In this document: one piece after another, positions 21,024-29,777 of the stretch | How the letters are laid out: each line of letters begins with the position of its first letter | How positions within the stretch are numbered: the stretch's first letter is position 1 | NCBI GenBank assembly: GCA_013215825.1 | Contig: JABSQN010000006.1 | Span: forward strand, 37,099 to 101,098 | Source: Piscirickettsiaceae bacterium | GTDB taxonomy: Bacteria; Pseudomonadota; Gammaproteobacteria; Nitrosococcales; Methylophagaceae | Direction of reading: 5' to 3' | DNA length: 64,000 nucleotides | Translations under genes and position numbers: made by a program | The notes under the pieces: model-generated | Database searches by the model: none | What the model saw: only the letters and a program-made list of their open reading frames with translations | What the model was told of the DNA's origin: nothing

Positions 21024-21571
21024 GAGCTAACGGCGACATAAACTGTATGTTTGATGAACTCGTTCTTAATACAGAAGAGGGTTCGTTCGATAGACTCGAA
21101 GGTATGCTGGCTTATAGTAAATATAAGTTGAAGAAAAATGAATTTTTCAAAACATATAATGAAAAGCACAACAAAGCGCCTGACGATGCGGCTATTTATA
21201 ATTTTATAATAACGTTTAATAAACGTGAAATAAAAGAATTAAAGGCTGGCGCGGGAGATAGTCTCGTAGAGTTTGCTCAAGAGTATACCGAGGCTCTTAC
21301 CGATCAAATATCTGAAGACATCATAAATGCATCTATTCTTCAGGAAGTTAAAGACCAAAACCACTGGTGGTCAAATTTATGGCAAAACGTTGCTGCATCT
21401 ATTGTTTTTTCTGTGACTGCTTTTGTTCTTCTATTGATTCTGGTTTCAGCAAAGGAAGATTGGAACATCAGCAAAATATATCAGGCGGTGACAGATGATA
21501 GTATCACGCTTCAGATAAATGAAAATAACACGGCAGATGTTAAGTTAGATGAAAAGGAAAGTACGGAATAG
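21020..21571 (+). CDS. Hypothetical protein with one C-terminal TM helix
   Basis: ATGA overlap with the upstream gene. Hydrophobic helix WWSNLWQNVAASIVFSVTAFVLLLILV near the C-terminus. No motif recognised. Confidence 0.5.
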   Translation: MRANGDINCMFDELVLNTEEGSFDRLEGMLAYSKYKLKKNEFFKTYNEKHNKAPDDAAIYNFIITFNKREIKELKAGAGDSLVEFAQEYTEALTDQISEDIINASILQEVKDQNHWWSNLWQNVAASIVFSVTAFVLLLILVSAKEDWNISKIYQAVTDDSITLQINENNTADVKLDEKESTE

Positions 21572-21574
21572 TTA

Positions 21575-22171
21575 TTAACTTTCTTCAAACATAGAAAACC
21601 TTAATGCATTGCCAATATTCATTGCGTTATGGATGTAGCTGTCAGAATCCTTCTCAGAAAATACAGTTCCAGCTTCAATATCTTCGATTATTGCTTCCAT
21701 TCCTTTAACATAACTATAGAGTTCCTCATCAAGGCTTTTTATTTCAACAAGAATCTTAACTTGATCAGATTTTTTCCCTATATCTGATATGCCAGCCTTA
21801 TTGCAAGCACTGCGTATGGCACATTCGACATCAAACCATGAGCCAGCAATAGCACCGTTGGGTGCAATCGTTGAGATCCTAAACAGTTGTTCCCAAAATG
21901 TTGTTAATCCATCTATTGTTGAGTTTTTCCATTCTTCAGAACGCTGTGCCGCAGCATCATTATTCACTTTTTCTTTTTCTTTTTCTTCAATGTCTAAAGA
22001 TTTATCATCATTGTCAGGTAGATAGTCCTTTAGTGACACCTCCCCATCTTTAAATTTAATCTTTTGTATTCTGGATATTTGCTTGTTTATCTCACCTCTA
22101 AATTGATAAATAATGAATATAACAGTGACCGGCCATGCTATTGATTGGATGATTGATACGATGTGTTCCAT
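21575..22171 (-). CDS. Hypothetical protein with one N-terminal TM helix and an acidic linker
   Basis: IVSIIQSIAWPVTVIFIIYQF at the N-terminus, an EEKEKEK linker, and a helical C-terminal domain. Its stop lies 3 nt from the stop of the convergent gene. Confidence 0.5.
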   Translation of the reverse strand: MEHIVSIIQSIAWPVTVIFIIYQFRGEINKQISRIQKIKFKDGEVSLKDYLPDNDDKSLDIEEKEKEKVNNDAAAQRSEEWKNSTIDGLTTFWEQLFRISTIAPNGAIAGSWFDVECAIRSACNKAGISDIGKKSDQVKILVEIKSLDEELYSYVKGMEAIIEDIEAGTVFSEKDSDSYIHNAMNIGNALRFSMFEES

Positions 22172-22226
22172 TTATAGTCCTTTAGTTTCTAACCAATACA
22201 CTCAAAAAATGAGCCTCTTCAATTTT

Positions 22227-22526
22227 TCACATTGCTGTGATTTCATTACTAAGTTGCTCAAAAACAATCATTATCAACGCCTGAAAACTGTCCTCATAAA
22301 ACCGTGCTTCTGTTTTAAATTCATGGACGCTCCCCATGTTTTTTCCATAATCTAAATAGCTATCGGTAATGTGTTTATAGCTTTTCATCACACCAGAACC
22401 CGTGGTGGATGCATATTCTCTTATCTCAATAACACCAGCGGCAGTTAAAAGATTAAAGACACTGCTAGGGCTGATTGATAGCTTATTTTTCTTTATGAGT
22501 TTTGTTAGGCTGTGGGCGGTTGTCAT
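22227..22526 (-). CDS. Hypothetical small protein, possible HTH DNA-binding
   Basis: 99 aa. The N-terminal LTKLIKKNKLSISPSSVFNLLTAAGVIE looks like a helix-turn-helix. Separated by 3 nt from the upstream gene. Confidence 0.4.
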   Translation of the reverse strand: MTTAHSLTKLIKKNKLSISPSSVFNLLTAAGVIEIREYASTTGSGVMKSYKHITDSYLDYGKNMGSVHEFKTEARFYEDSFQALIMIVFEQLSNEITAM

Positions 22527-22529
22527 TGT

Positions 22530-23117
22530 TTAGCTTCCAAAAAGATTAATTAGTTTTTTGTTGTTAGTTCTAACAATGCCTGTTTGTAAGAAAACAACAA
22601 ACTGCTCCTGAGTGCATTCAATGTCCTCTTTTTTTTGCCATGATTGGTTGTCGTTACGTTGTAAAACAAGGAAGCGGATATAGCCCTGATCCATTCGAAG
22701 CCTAACGACAGATAAGGTGTTTCCTTCAATCTGCTTGTTTGAGCCATGGACCTTAATCCCACCATCAACTGTTGTTGCACTGGTAGTTTCAGCATCAACA
22801 AACCCAGTTGATGAAACAGATTGAATTTGTACCGATAGCGTTGATTCTTCTGATATGGAGTTTGTGGTTTGTCCTTCATTGGAATAAAAAACATCACCAA
22901 TATGGAAGTCATAATTATCGCCTTGAGTCCAAACCATCTCAGTTTTCTTGTCGATAATTCGTGGTAATAGTTTTATATCTAACGCAGCTTTAAATGCTTC
23001 CGGAACGTACATTTTCCAACCCAATGCCGAGCCTTTAACAAAGTTGGCAATTAAAACATCTCGCCGCTTTGGTGCTCTAGTTTCCATTCTATATATAACT
23101 AAGTCTTTCGTTTCCAT
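22530..23117 (-). CDS. Hypothetical protein (195 aa), first gene of a minus-strand three-gene unit
   Basis: Long ORF with no recognisable motif. Ser/Thr-rich middle region. Divergent from the 23294 gene. Confidence 0.5.
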   Translation of the reverse strand: METKDLVIYRMETRAPKRRDVLIANFVKGSALGWKMYVPEAFKAALDIKLLPRIIDKKTEMVWTQGDNYDFHIGDVFYSNEGQTTNSISEESTLSVQIQSVSSTGFVDAETTSATTVDGGIKVHGSNKQIEGNTLSVVRLRMDQGYIRFLVLQRNDNQSWQKKEDIECTQEQFVVFLQTGIVRTNNKKLINLFGS

Positions 23118-23293
23118 ACGCCAACCTTTAATTAATTAACTTGATTATTGATCGTTCAGGCGTGCTTGTCATTATTTGTCGTGACTTGTTGGCATTTAAA
23201 CCGAGCAAGACTAGTCTGTAGTTGTGTCGGCAACATCCAACATCAGGGTTTCGTAGCCTTGGTGATGGTTTAATCTTTACAAAGGAATTAACC

Positions 23294-23674
23294 ATGAACA
23301 CGCAATTAAGCACGTCTCAAATTTCATCAGCTGCACGTCGTAAAATAGGTATCAATTCTGATATCACCCCCAGCCAAGTTAATATTGGCACCATTGTTTG
23401 GTGCAAAACAGATCAGCGCGAACAACCGCTAATCGTTGAAATGGCCAATGGGGTGTTATTCAAATGTGGCGGGCTAACGGAGCTTCAGTTTCAACAATTG
23501 CCCGCTTTAATGCCCGATTTAGTCGGCACAAAGTTGGTGTTTAGCTATCAACACCTCGTTAATAACGCCCCAATCGATGCACAATTCAAAACACTATTGC
23601 TTGAAAATGACAGCAGACCATCAGCCAAACGCCTAATCGTAACCTTAGGAGCAATGAAGGGAGCGGTGCAATGA
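23294..23674 (+). CDS. Hypothetical protein (126 aa)
   Basis: ATG at 23294 is preceded by AAAGGA. The ORF track's earlier start at 23222 has no RBS. Its stop overlaps the Bro-N start (ATGA). Confidence 0.5.
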   Translation: MNTQLSTSQISSAARRKIGINSDITPSQVNIGTIVWCKTDQREQPLIVEMANGVLFKCGGLTELQFQQLPALMPDLVGTKLVFSYQHLVNNAPIDAQFKTLLLENDSRPSAKRLIVTLGAMKGAVQ

Positions 23675-24216
23675 ATTCATTAAAAACATTAGCCAATCCA
23701 TTCCAATTCTCTCAATTAGACGTGCGAACTGCGGTTGATGGTGATGATCAAGTGTGGTTTTGTGCCAAAGATGTATGTGCTGCACTAGATATTGCTTGGT
23801 CAACAGCAACACTGGAAAACACACCTGAAGAGTGATTTATGGGGATGAATCTCATGACCATAAAAGGAGAACGTGAGGCTATTTTCATCAATGAACCCGG
23901 GCTATATCGCCTGATATTTCGCTCGAACAAACCAAAAGCCATCGAGTTTTCTAACTGGGTATGCAGAGAAGTGCTGCCAACACTTCGTAACAATGGCTTT
24001 TTTGGCACTATTAATGGCAAAGATAGACTGCAATACTCAAAATAAATCATTGATATGACCACCAAACTCAAACTGTCCACAACAACGACAGATGCAATGC
24101 TGCTTAAAATGCTCATTATGGAGTTGCGTGATTGTTGCAATCTAATTGGGCGCCCGATGCCAGACTTGGCGCTATTGGGTATGGATTACAAACAATTAGA
24201 TTTATTAAAGGAATGA
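23671..24216 (+). pseudogene. Bro-N family phage antirepressor-like gene with two in-frame stop codons
   Basis: One continuous frame reads FQFSQLDVRTAVDGDDQVWFCAKDVCAALD...TPEE*FMG...IFINEPGLYRLIFRSNKPKAIEFSNWVCREVLPTLR...QYSK*IIDMTT.... The stops are TGA at 23833-23835 and TAA at 24043-24045. Confidence 0.8.
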
Positions 24217-24217
24217 T

Positions 24218-24400
24218 ATGAATAAGCATCAACATAAAATGACCGTCGCTATTCACGCGCTAAGAGGAGCCGCGGCAGGAATAGCATCAGCGATGGAAGA
24301 TGAATCAATCAGTAGTGATGAAGTTCACGGCCTGCTATCAACATTAGCAGATAGGTTTGATGAGTTAAACAATAAGATGGTACGTAAGACCAGAAATTAA
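24218..24400 (+). CDS. Hypothetical small protein (60 aa)
   Basis: The ATG lies 1 nt after the Bro-N frame ends, and a terminator follows. No motif recognised. Confidence 0.4.
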   Translation: MNKHQHKMTVAIHALRGAAAGIASAMEDESISSDEVHGLLSTLADRFDELNNKMVRKTRN

Positions 24401-24420
24401 TACCAAAACCATCACCAAAA

Positions 24421-24444
24421 GGTCGGGCTTGCTCGGCCTTTTTT
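24421..24444 (+). terminator. Rho-independent terminator at the end of the plus-strand island genes
   Basis: GGTCGGG-CTTG-CTCGGCC forms a 7-bp stem with two G-U pairs, followed by six T. Confidence 0.5.
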
Positions 24445-24610
24445 GTGCCCGCAACTCCAGCCCAAGAATTCACTCCTCCGCACCTGCGTGCTTTTTGCAT
24501 TTTTTTTGAGCAATGAAGAGCCATCGCGAATCGTGAAAACGGATTGATGTTAGTGGAATAAAGGATTAGGACATATATATAAGGAGTGGAGTTTTTTCAG
24601 GAATCGCAGG

Positions 24611-24641
24611 CAAAAGAAAGGCGGTGAATAAATTCACCGCC
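24611..24641 (-). terminator. Terminator of the tRNA-Ala/tRNA-Glu operon
   Basis: 9-bp perfect stem GGCGGTGAA-N4-TTCACCGCC, followed on the minus strand by TTTCTTTTG. It lies about 60 nt downstream of tRNA-Glu. Confidence 0.65.
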
Positions 24642-24702
24642 AACTTTACCGCCACTTATCATATTAAATTATTACAAACTTCAATATAAACAAGTGTTTA
24701 TA

Positions 24703-24778
24703 TGGCGTCCCCAAGGGGGTTCGAACCCCTGTTACCGCCGTGAAAGGGCAGTGTCCTAGGCCTCTAGACGATGGGGAC
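24703..24778 (-). tRNA. tRNA-Glu (anticodon UUC)
   Basis: The reverse complement GTCCCCATCGTCTAGAGGCCTAGGACACTGCCCTTTCACGGCGGTAACAGGGGTTCGAACCCCCTTGGGGACGCCA is near-identical in layout to E. coli tRNA-Glu. CCA is encoded. Confidence 0.97.
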
Positions 24779-24802
24779 CTAAAACTGTTTCTTTCGGTTG
24801 CT

Positions 24803-24878
24803 TGGTGGAGCTAGACGGGATCGAACCGTCGACCTCTTCACTGCCAGCGAAGCGCTCTCCCAGCTGAGCTATAGCCCC
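24803..24878 (-). tRNA. tRNA-Ala (anticodon GGC)
   Basis: The reverse complement is GGGGCTATAGCTCAGCTGGGAGAGCGCTTCGCTGGCAGTGAAGAGGTCGACGGTTCGATCCCGTCTAGCTCCACCA. G3-U70 is present, and the anticodon loop is CTGGCAG. Confidence 0.95.
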
Positions 24879-24912
24879 TTGTGGAAGCTGCAACCCCCGA
24901 AAGGAAGCGCAT

Positions 24913-24941
24913 ACTATAAGGATTTCATTTTTAACTGTCAA
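24913..24941 (-). promoter_or_regulatory. Strong sigma70 promoter of the tRNA operon
   Basis: Minus strand reads TTGACA, a 17-nt spacer, TATAGT, then a GC-rich discriminator (ATGCGCTTCC). An A/T-rich UP-like tract lies upstream (to about 24965). Confidence 0.7.
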
Positions 24942-25179
24942 TCAATTATTTAAAAAAAATTGATAATACACATTATTTGTACGGAAGTGAGGAATTAGGA
25001 TGTTAATTAATTAAATTAAAACAAGCATATAAGTTGTTGATGCGTATTGTTTGGCGTTAATTATGTCTTAAAAAAGTATGCTTTATTTGATGTGTTGTCA
25101 TTTCTATGCGATAAATTAGTCATTAATTGTTGTTCGGATTGGTCTGGTTTTAGGCTGAAGCGGCATCTTGAGGATCGTC

Positions 25180-27408
25180 ATGCGCAAACTGATACTTTTA
25201 TCTGCAGTTACATTATCTTGTTATGGCGCGATAGCCGTTGCTGAAACAAGCTGGCAGCATTGTACTTCGACGAATGATGTCGGGTTCTTACCTGTTATTA
25301 CAAATCAGGAAGGATCTGAGGTTGATGTCAAAGCAGATAATGTTCAACTCGTGGAGGACGGCACATCGGTCTTTACGGGCAATGTTGAGGTAATGCGAGG
25401 AGGTCAGGAACTTAAATCACAACGAGCAACATATAATCAGTTGTCAGGCACTGTAACCGCACGAGACAATGTTCTGTTGCGAGATAGTGGGATAATCCTT
25501 CATGCGGAACAAGCTGAGTGGGATTTGACTAAGGATGAAGGTCGTTTGATTGATGCAGAATATCGTTTGCGTGAAAGTCATGCTCGCGGTGAAGCTAGCC
25601 ATGTTTTTCGGCAAGGTGTGTCACAAACGAAACTAAAGAATGCCACTTATACAACCTGTCCTGCTGGCGATGATGCTTGGCTACTATCTGCTTCAAATGT
25701 GGATTTAGACCATGATGAAGCGGTAGGTGTGGCTCGTAATGTTGTGGTACGGCTAGGGGGCTTACCTATCTTTTATACGCCGTATTTAAGTTTCCCGCTT
25801 AATGATGAGCGTAAATCTGGCTTGTTGACGCCTGTTATAGGTAGTAGTGATGAAACAGGCTTTGATGTGAGTACACCATATTATTGGAATATTGCACCGA
25901 ATAGAGATGCTACCATTACGCCTCGTTATATGTCTGAGCGTGGATTGTTGCTACGTGGTGATTTTCGTTATTTGCATGAACAAGCCTCGGGCAAGTTAGA
26001 TGCTGGATTTTTAGCCAGTGATAATTTGAAAAATGATGGCGATGACGTTAACCCTTATTATAATGAAGACCGAAAGCATTTCTCTTGGCAACATCGTAGT
26101 CGCTTTGCTTCGCGCTGGAATGCAAATGTTGATTATAACTATGTATCCGATAACGCCTATTTAGAAGATTTTGGTTCTAGCTTAAGTCTAACGAGTACCA
26201 CGCATCTTAATCGAAAACTAAATGTTTCTTATAATGGTGATGTTTGGGACTTTACTGGCCGCCTACAGGGTTATCAAACACTGACAGATGTGAGTAAACC
26301 CTATCAGCGACTGCCCCAATTAAGATTGAAAGGCGCTTTGCCGGATCAATTTATGGGTATGACTTATAGATTGAAAACAGAATATGTTGCTTTTGACCAT
26401 GCGAATAAAATCGATGGTGAACGCTTCGATATAGAGCCATCCGTTAGTTTGCCATGGACATCAGCGGCGGCCTTTGTCACACCTCGAATCGCTTTACATC
26501 ATACGCGCTATGATTTAGATGACAGTGTCATTGTGGGTGGGGATAAAACACCAACGAGAACATTACCGGTGGCAAGTCTTGACAGTGGTTTGTTTTTTGA
26601 ACGTGAAACGTCTTTTTGGAATACAGCCTATATTCATACATTAGAACCTCGTGCTTTTTATCTTTACATCCCTGAACGTGACCAATCAGACATTCCTGTT
26701 TTTGATAGTAGTTTACGAACGTTCAATATGGGACAGTTATTTTCTTACGATAGATTTTCAGGAACAGATCGTGTTGGTGATACGAACCAGTTGTCATTAG
26801 CATTGACATCACGGATCATCGATCAAAAAACAGGACGTGAACGTTTTCGCGCTAGTCTAGGACAAATTCAGTATTTTAGTGATCGTAAGGTAAGTTTGAA
26901 TAACACGGGGATAGATACACAATCCGATTCTGATATGGTGGCAGAAATAGTGGCTTCGATTGCTCAAGAATGGACTGTTCGTGGCGAAATTCAATGGGAT
27001 ACACATGGCGACACATCGAATATGTCTGCCTTGCAATTACGTTATCGAGGAGATAATGGTCGATTATTGAATATTTCTCATCGTTACCGTCGTGATAATA
27101 TTTCAACGTTAGATGGTTTAGAGCAAATTGATATTTCAGCCCGAGTGCCTTTCAATCGACAGTGGAGCATGGTTGGACGTTGGTATCGTTCATTGAAAGA
27201 TAATAGAACGCTAGAAGGTTTGGCGGGTATTGAATATGAAAGCTGTTGCTGGGCTGCACGTTTAGTTGCGAGAAATTATATTAATGATGTTTCAGATGAT
27301 GGTCGTAATTTAGCAATATTCTTTCAATTGGAATTAAAAGGCTTAGGTAATTTTGGTCAAAAAACGGAAACATTATTAGAACGGAGTATTTTAGGCTACG
27401 GTTCGTAA
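25180..27408 (+). CDS. lptD: LPS assembly outer-membrane protein LptD
   Basis: Signal peptide MRKLILLSAVTLSCYGAIAVA. OstA N-terminal region and a large beta-barrel. Conserved lptD-surA-pdxA-rsmA order. ATG 25180 has an AGGA RBS, whereas the track starts it at TTG 25168. Confidence 0.93.
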   Translation: MRKLILLSAVTLSCYGAIAVAETSWQHCTSTNDVGFLPVITNQEGSEVDVKADNVQLVEDGTSVFTGNVEVMRGGQELKSQRATYNQLSGTVTARDNVLLRDSGIILHAEQAEWDLTKDEGRLIDAEYRLRESHARGEASHVFRQGVSQTKLKNATYTTCPAGDDAWLLSASNVDLDHDEAVGVARNVVVRLGGLPIFYTPYLSFPLNDERKSGLLTPVIGSSDETGFDVSTPYYWNIAPNRDATITPRYMSERGLLLRGDFRYLHEQASGKLDAGFLASDNLKNDGDDVNPYYNEDRKHFSWQHRSRFASRWNANVDYNYVSDNAYLEDFGSSLSLTSTTHLNRKLNVSYNGDVWDFTGRLQGYQTLTDVSKPYQRLPQLRLKGALPDQFMGMTYRLKTEYVAFDHANKIDGERFDIEPSVSLPWTSAAAFVTPRIALHHTRYDLDDSVIVGGDKTPTRTLPVASLDSGLFFERETSFWNTAYIHTLEPRAFYLYIPERDQSDIPVFDSSLRTFNMGQLFSYDRFSGTDRVGDTNQLSLALTSRIIDQKTGRERFRASLGQIQYFSDRKVSLNNTGIDTQSDSDMVAEIVASIAQEWTVRGEIQWDTHGDTSNMSALQLRYRGDNGRLLNISHRYRRDNISTLDGLEQIDISARVPFNRQWSMVGRWYRSLKDNRTLEGLAGIEYESCCWAARLVARNYINDVSDDGRNLAIFFQLELKGLGNFGQKTETLLERSILGYGS

Positions 27409-27524
27409 AGTAAACTGAACCAAGCTTTACAGATATTGTCCTAAGTTCATTAATTTACATATTTTATATTGTGCATTTCTTCTATAATGCATGATATTCA
27501 TCTAGCTTATTGCACAGGTTTTTC

Positions 27525-28790
27525 ATGATTAAAGTTCTATTACTCTCTCTTTTAATGGCAAGTTCTGCTTGGGCTGAGCCTCTAGATCGAATTGTTGCCG
27601 TGGTCAATGATGAGGTGCTTCTTGAAAGTGAACTTATTGAAATGGAAGACACGGTGCGCCAACAGTTACGTCAACGTAATGCCGCAACACCGCCGAAAGA
27701 TATTTTGCGAAAACAAGTGTTAGAACGGCTTATTATTCAGAAAGTACAAATTCAAAAAGCATCGAGAGTAGGTATCCGAGTAGGTGATGATGCACTTAAT
27801 GCTGCATTACGTCAGATCGCAGATAATAATAAGATGACATTGCGCGAGTTTAGTCGTGTTTTGCACGATGATGGTTTTGATTTTGGTGATTTTAGAGAAA
27901 CAATTCGAGAAGAAATGATTATCAGTCGGCTACGTAAAAGTTTGGTTGAGGATAAAGTGACGATTTCTGATCGGGAAATTGATAGCTTTGTAGCGACTCA
28001 AGTTGCACAAGGTGGAGCAGAAGAGGCTTATCATTTACTGCATATCTTGATTAGCGTGCCTGAAGCCGCATTACCAGAAGAAGTTCAACAGGCACAAGAC
28101 AAGCTCAGCAAAGTTCAAAAGTTGCTGAGTGAAGGTGTTGATTTTTCAGAAGTGGCAGCAGGATATTCAGATGGGCAGAATGCATTGGAAGGCGGTGATC
28201 TAGGCTGGCGTAAGCAAGGAGAGTTACCTAGTTTATTCGCAAATATTGTCCCACAATTAGACGTTTTATCTGTGAGTGAAGTACTTCGTAGTGGTAGTGG
28301 TTTCCATTTGGTAAAACTTGCAGATAAAAAGAGTGAAGAAATACATTTAGTTAAACAAACATTAGCCAGCCATATCCTAATTAAAACCAATGAACTTACC
28401 AGTGATGAAGATGCGGAAAAACGTCTGAATTCTTTGCGCGAACGGATTATCAATGGTGATGATTTTTCTGAATTAGCACGTTCAAATTCAGATGATACTG
28501 GCTCTGCAATTGAAGGTGGTAGTCTTGGCTGGAGTAGTACTGGTGCAATGGTGCCTGAATTTGAAGAAAAAATGAATGACTTAGAAGCCGGTGAAGTAGG
28601 CGATGTATTTAAAAGTCGTTTTGGATGGCATTTAATCAAGGTTATCGAACGTCGAGAAGAAAATATGGCAGCAGAATTTAAACGTTTAAAAGCACGTGGG
28701 CAAATTAGACAGAGAAAGATTGCCGAAGATTTAGAAAGTTGGTTACGTCAGTTACATGATGAAGCCTATATTGAGTATCGCAATAATTGA
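27525..28790 (+). CDS. surA: Periplasmic chaperone/PPIase SurA
   Basis: Signal peptide and two parvulin domains (FSELARSNSDD...GGSLGW; GWHLIKV). The ATG is at 27525. Confidence 0.92.
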   Translation: MIKVLLLSLLMASSAWAEPLDRIVAVVNDEVLLESELIEMEDTVRQQLRQRNAATPPKDILRKQVLERLIIQKVQIQKASRVGIRVGDDALNAALRQIADNNKMTLREFSRVLHDDGFDFGDFRETIREEMIISRLRKSLVEDKVTISDREIDSFVATQVAQGGAEEAYHLLHILISVPEAALPEEVQQAQDKLSKVQKLLSEGVDFSEVAAGYSDGQNALEGGDLGWRKQGELPSLFANIVPQLDVLSVSEVLRSGSGFHLVKLADKKSEEIHLVKQTLASHILIKTNELTSDEDAEKRLNSLRERIINGDDFSELARSNSDDTGSAIEGGSLGWSSTGAMVPEFEEKMNDLEAGEVGDVFKSRFGWHLIKVIERREENMAAEFKRLKARGQIRQRKIAEDLESWLRQLHDEAYIEYRNN

Positions 28791-28792
28791 AT

Positions 28793-29773
28793 ATGTGTCC
28801 ACGGTTAGTCATAACATCCGGTGAGCCTGCAGGAATCGGCCCCGATCTTTGTATCCAACTAGCGAAGCATAAGCAGCAGTGTGAATTGCTTATTATCGCT
28901 GATCCGGAATTATTACAACAACGAGCGGATAGTTTAGGAATAAAGATTACGCTTGAACAAGCAGATTTGGCACAAAAACCGCAGGTCGTTCCGAAACATG
29001 TAATACGTTATTTACCCGTTGATCTGTCAGTAAAAAGTCAAGCGGGTATTTTGGATAGTCGTAATGCTAATTATGTTTTAAGAATCTTACAAATGGCTCT
29101 GGATGGGTGCTTGTCGAAGCAATTTGATGCCATGGTGACCGCGCCTGTCCATAAAGCTATTATTAATGAGGCACAGCACGTTTTTACTGGGCATACTGAG
29201 TTTTTAGCTGAGGGTGCAGGTGTTGATAAAGTCGTGATGATGTTAGCAACATCCTCACTGCGTGTCGCATTAGTGACGACACATTTACCATTAATTGAAG
29301 TCAGTCCGGCGATTACTCAGCAATCTTTGACGCAGGTTATTCAAATTATTCAACAGAGTTTTGCAACACAGTTTGGTCTTGAACACGCACATATTGCTGT
29401 TTGCGGTTTAAACCCTCATGCAGGAGAAGGTGGACATCTTGGCCGTGAGGAAATTGATGTCATTATTCCTGTTATTGAGCGATTAAAACAACAAGGATTA
29501 AATGTGTCAGGGCCGTGGCCAGCGGATACTGTATTTGTTAGAGAAAAACTACAAGATGTTGATGTTGTTTTGGCTATGTACCACGATCAAGGTCTACCCG
29601 TGTTGAAGCATCAAGGTTTTGGCCAAGCAGTTAATGTTACCCTCGGTTTACCTTTTATTCGCACCTCGGTTGATCATGGAACCGCATTAGATTTAGTCGG
29701 TACTGGTAAAGCAACAACAACAAGTTTACAGGCCGCTATTGATATGGCTGTAGATATGATAAAAAGAAGGTAA
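28793..29773 (+). CDS. pdxA: 4-hydroxythreonine-4-phosphate dehydrogenase
   Basis: ITSGEPAGIGPDL N-terminus, and GLNPHAGEGG and TSVDHGTA motifs. Confidence 0.93.
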   Translation: MCPRLVITSGEPAGIGPDLCIQLAKHKQQCELLIIADPELLQQRADSLGIKITLEQADLAQKPQVVPKHVIRYLPVDLSVKSQAGILDSRNANYVLRILQMALDGCLSKQFDAMVTAPVHKAIINEAQHVFTGHTEFLAEGAGVDKVVMMLATSSLRVALVTTHLPLIEVSPAITQQSLTQVIQIIQQSFATQFGLEHAHIAVCGLNPHAGEGGHLGREEIDVIIPVIERLKQQGLNVSGPWPADTVFVREKLQDVDVVLAMYHDQGLPVLKHQGFGQAVNVTLGLPFIRTSVDHGTALDLVGTGKATTTSLQAAIDMAVDMIKRR

Positions 29774-29777
29774 ATTA

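Larger units (their letters stand above)
19320..24610. mobile_element. Decayed, integrase-less prophage/satellite-like genomic island
   Basis: The block lies between lptG and the tRNA-Glu terminator. It contains phage hallmark genes (Bro-N and a beta-class MTase), both inactivated, plus orphan ORFs. No recombinase gene or att repeat was seen by eye. Confidence 0.65.

Noticed and set aside
22550-22912. 120-aa alternative-frame ORF inside 22530-23117.
   Set aside because: It is on the same strand and fully nested in the longer 195-aa frame, which has the proper start context at the divergent promoter region. It has no independent support.
23833-23835. In-frame TGA in the Bro-N gene as possible selenocysteine or programmed readthrough.
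   Set aside because: A second in-frame stop in the same gene is TAA. No SECIS-like hairpin is evident immediately downstream. The neighbouring methyltransferase is also decayed. Pseudogenisation is the simpler explanation.
24446-24720. Searched for an att-type direct repeat of the tRNA-Glu 3' end, or any repeat matching 19320-19345, at the island borders.
   Set aside because: No convincing repeat was found by eye. The best match was about 7 of 10 nt (TTAGTnnAAT). The tRNA operon terminator lies between the tRNA and the island, so tRNA-targeted integration is not supported.
24756-24941. 61-aa minus-strand ORF.
   Set aside because: It overlaps both tRNA genes and their promoter. Its sequence is simply the tRNA read as codons.
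25047-25244. 65-aa ORF upstream of and overlapping the lptD start.
   Set aside because: It lies in the AT-rich promoter region between the tRNA operon and lptD, overlaps the lptD signal-peptide codons out of frame, and has no RBS or motif.
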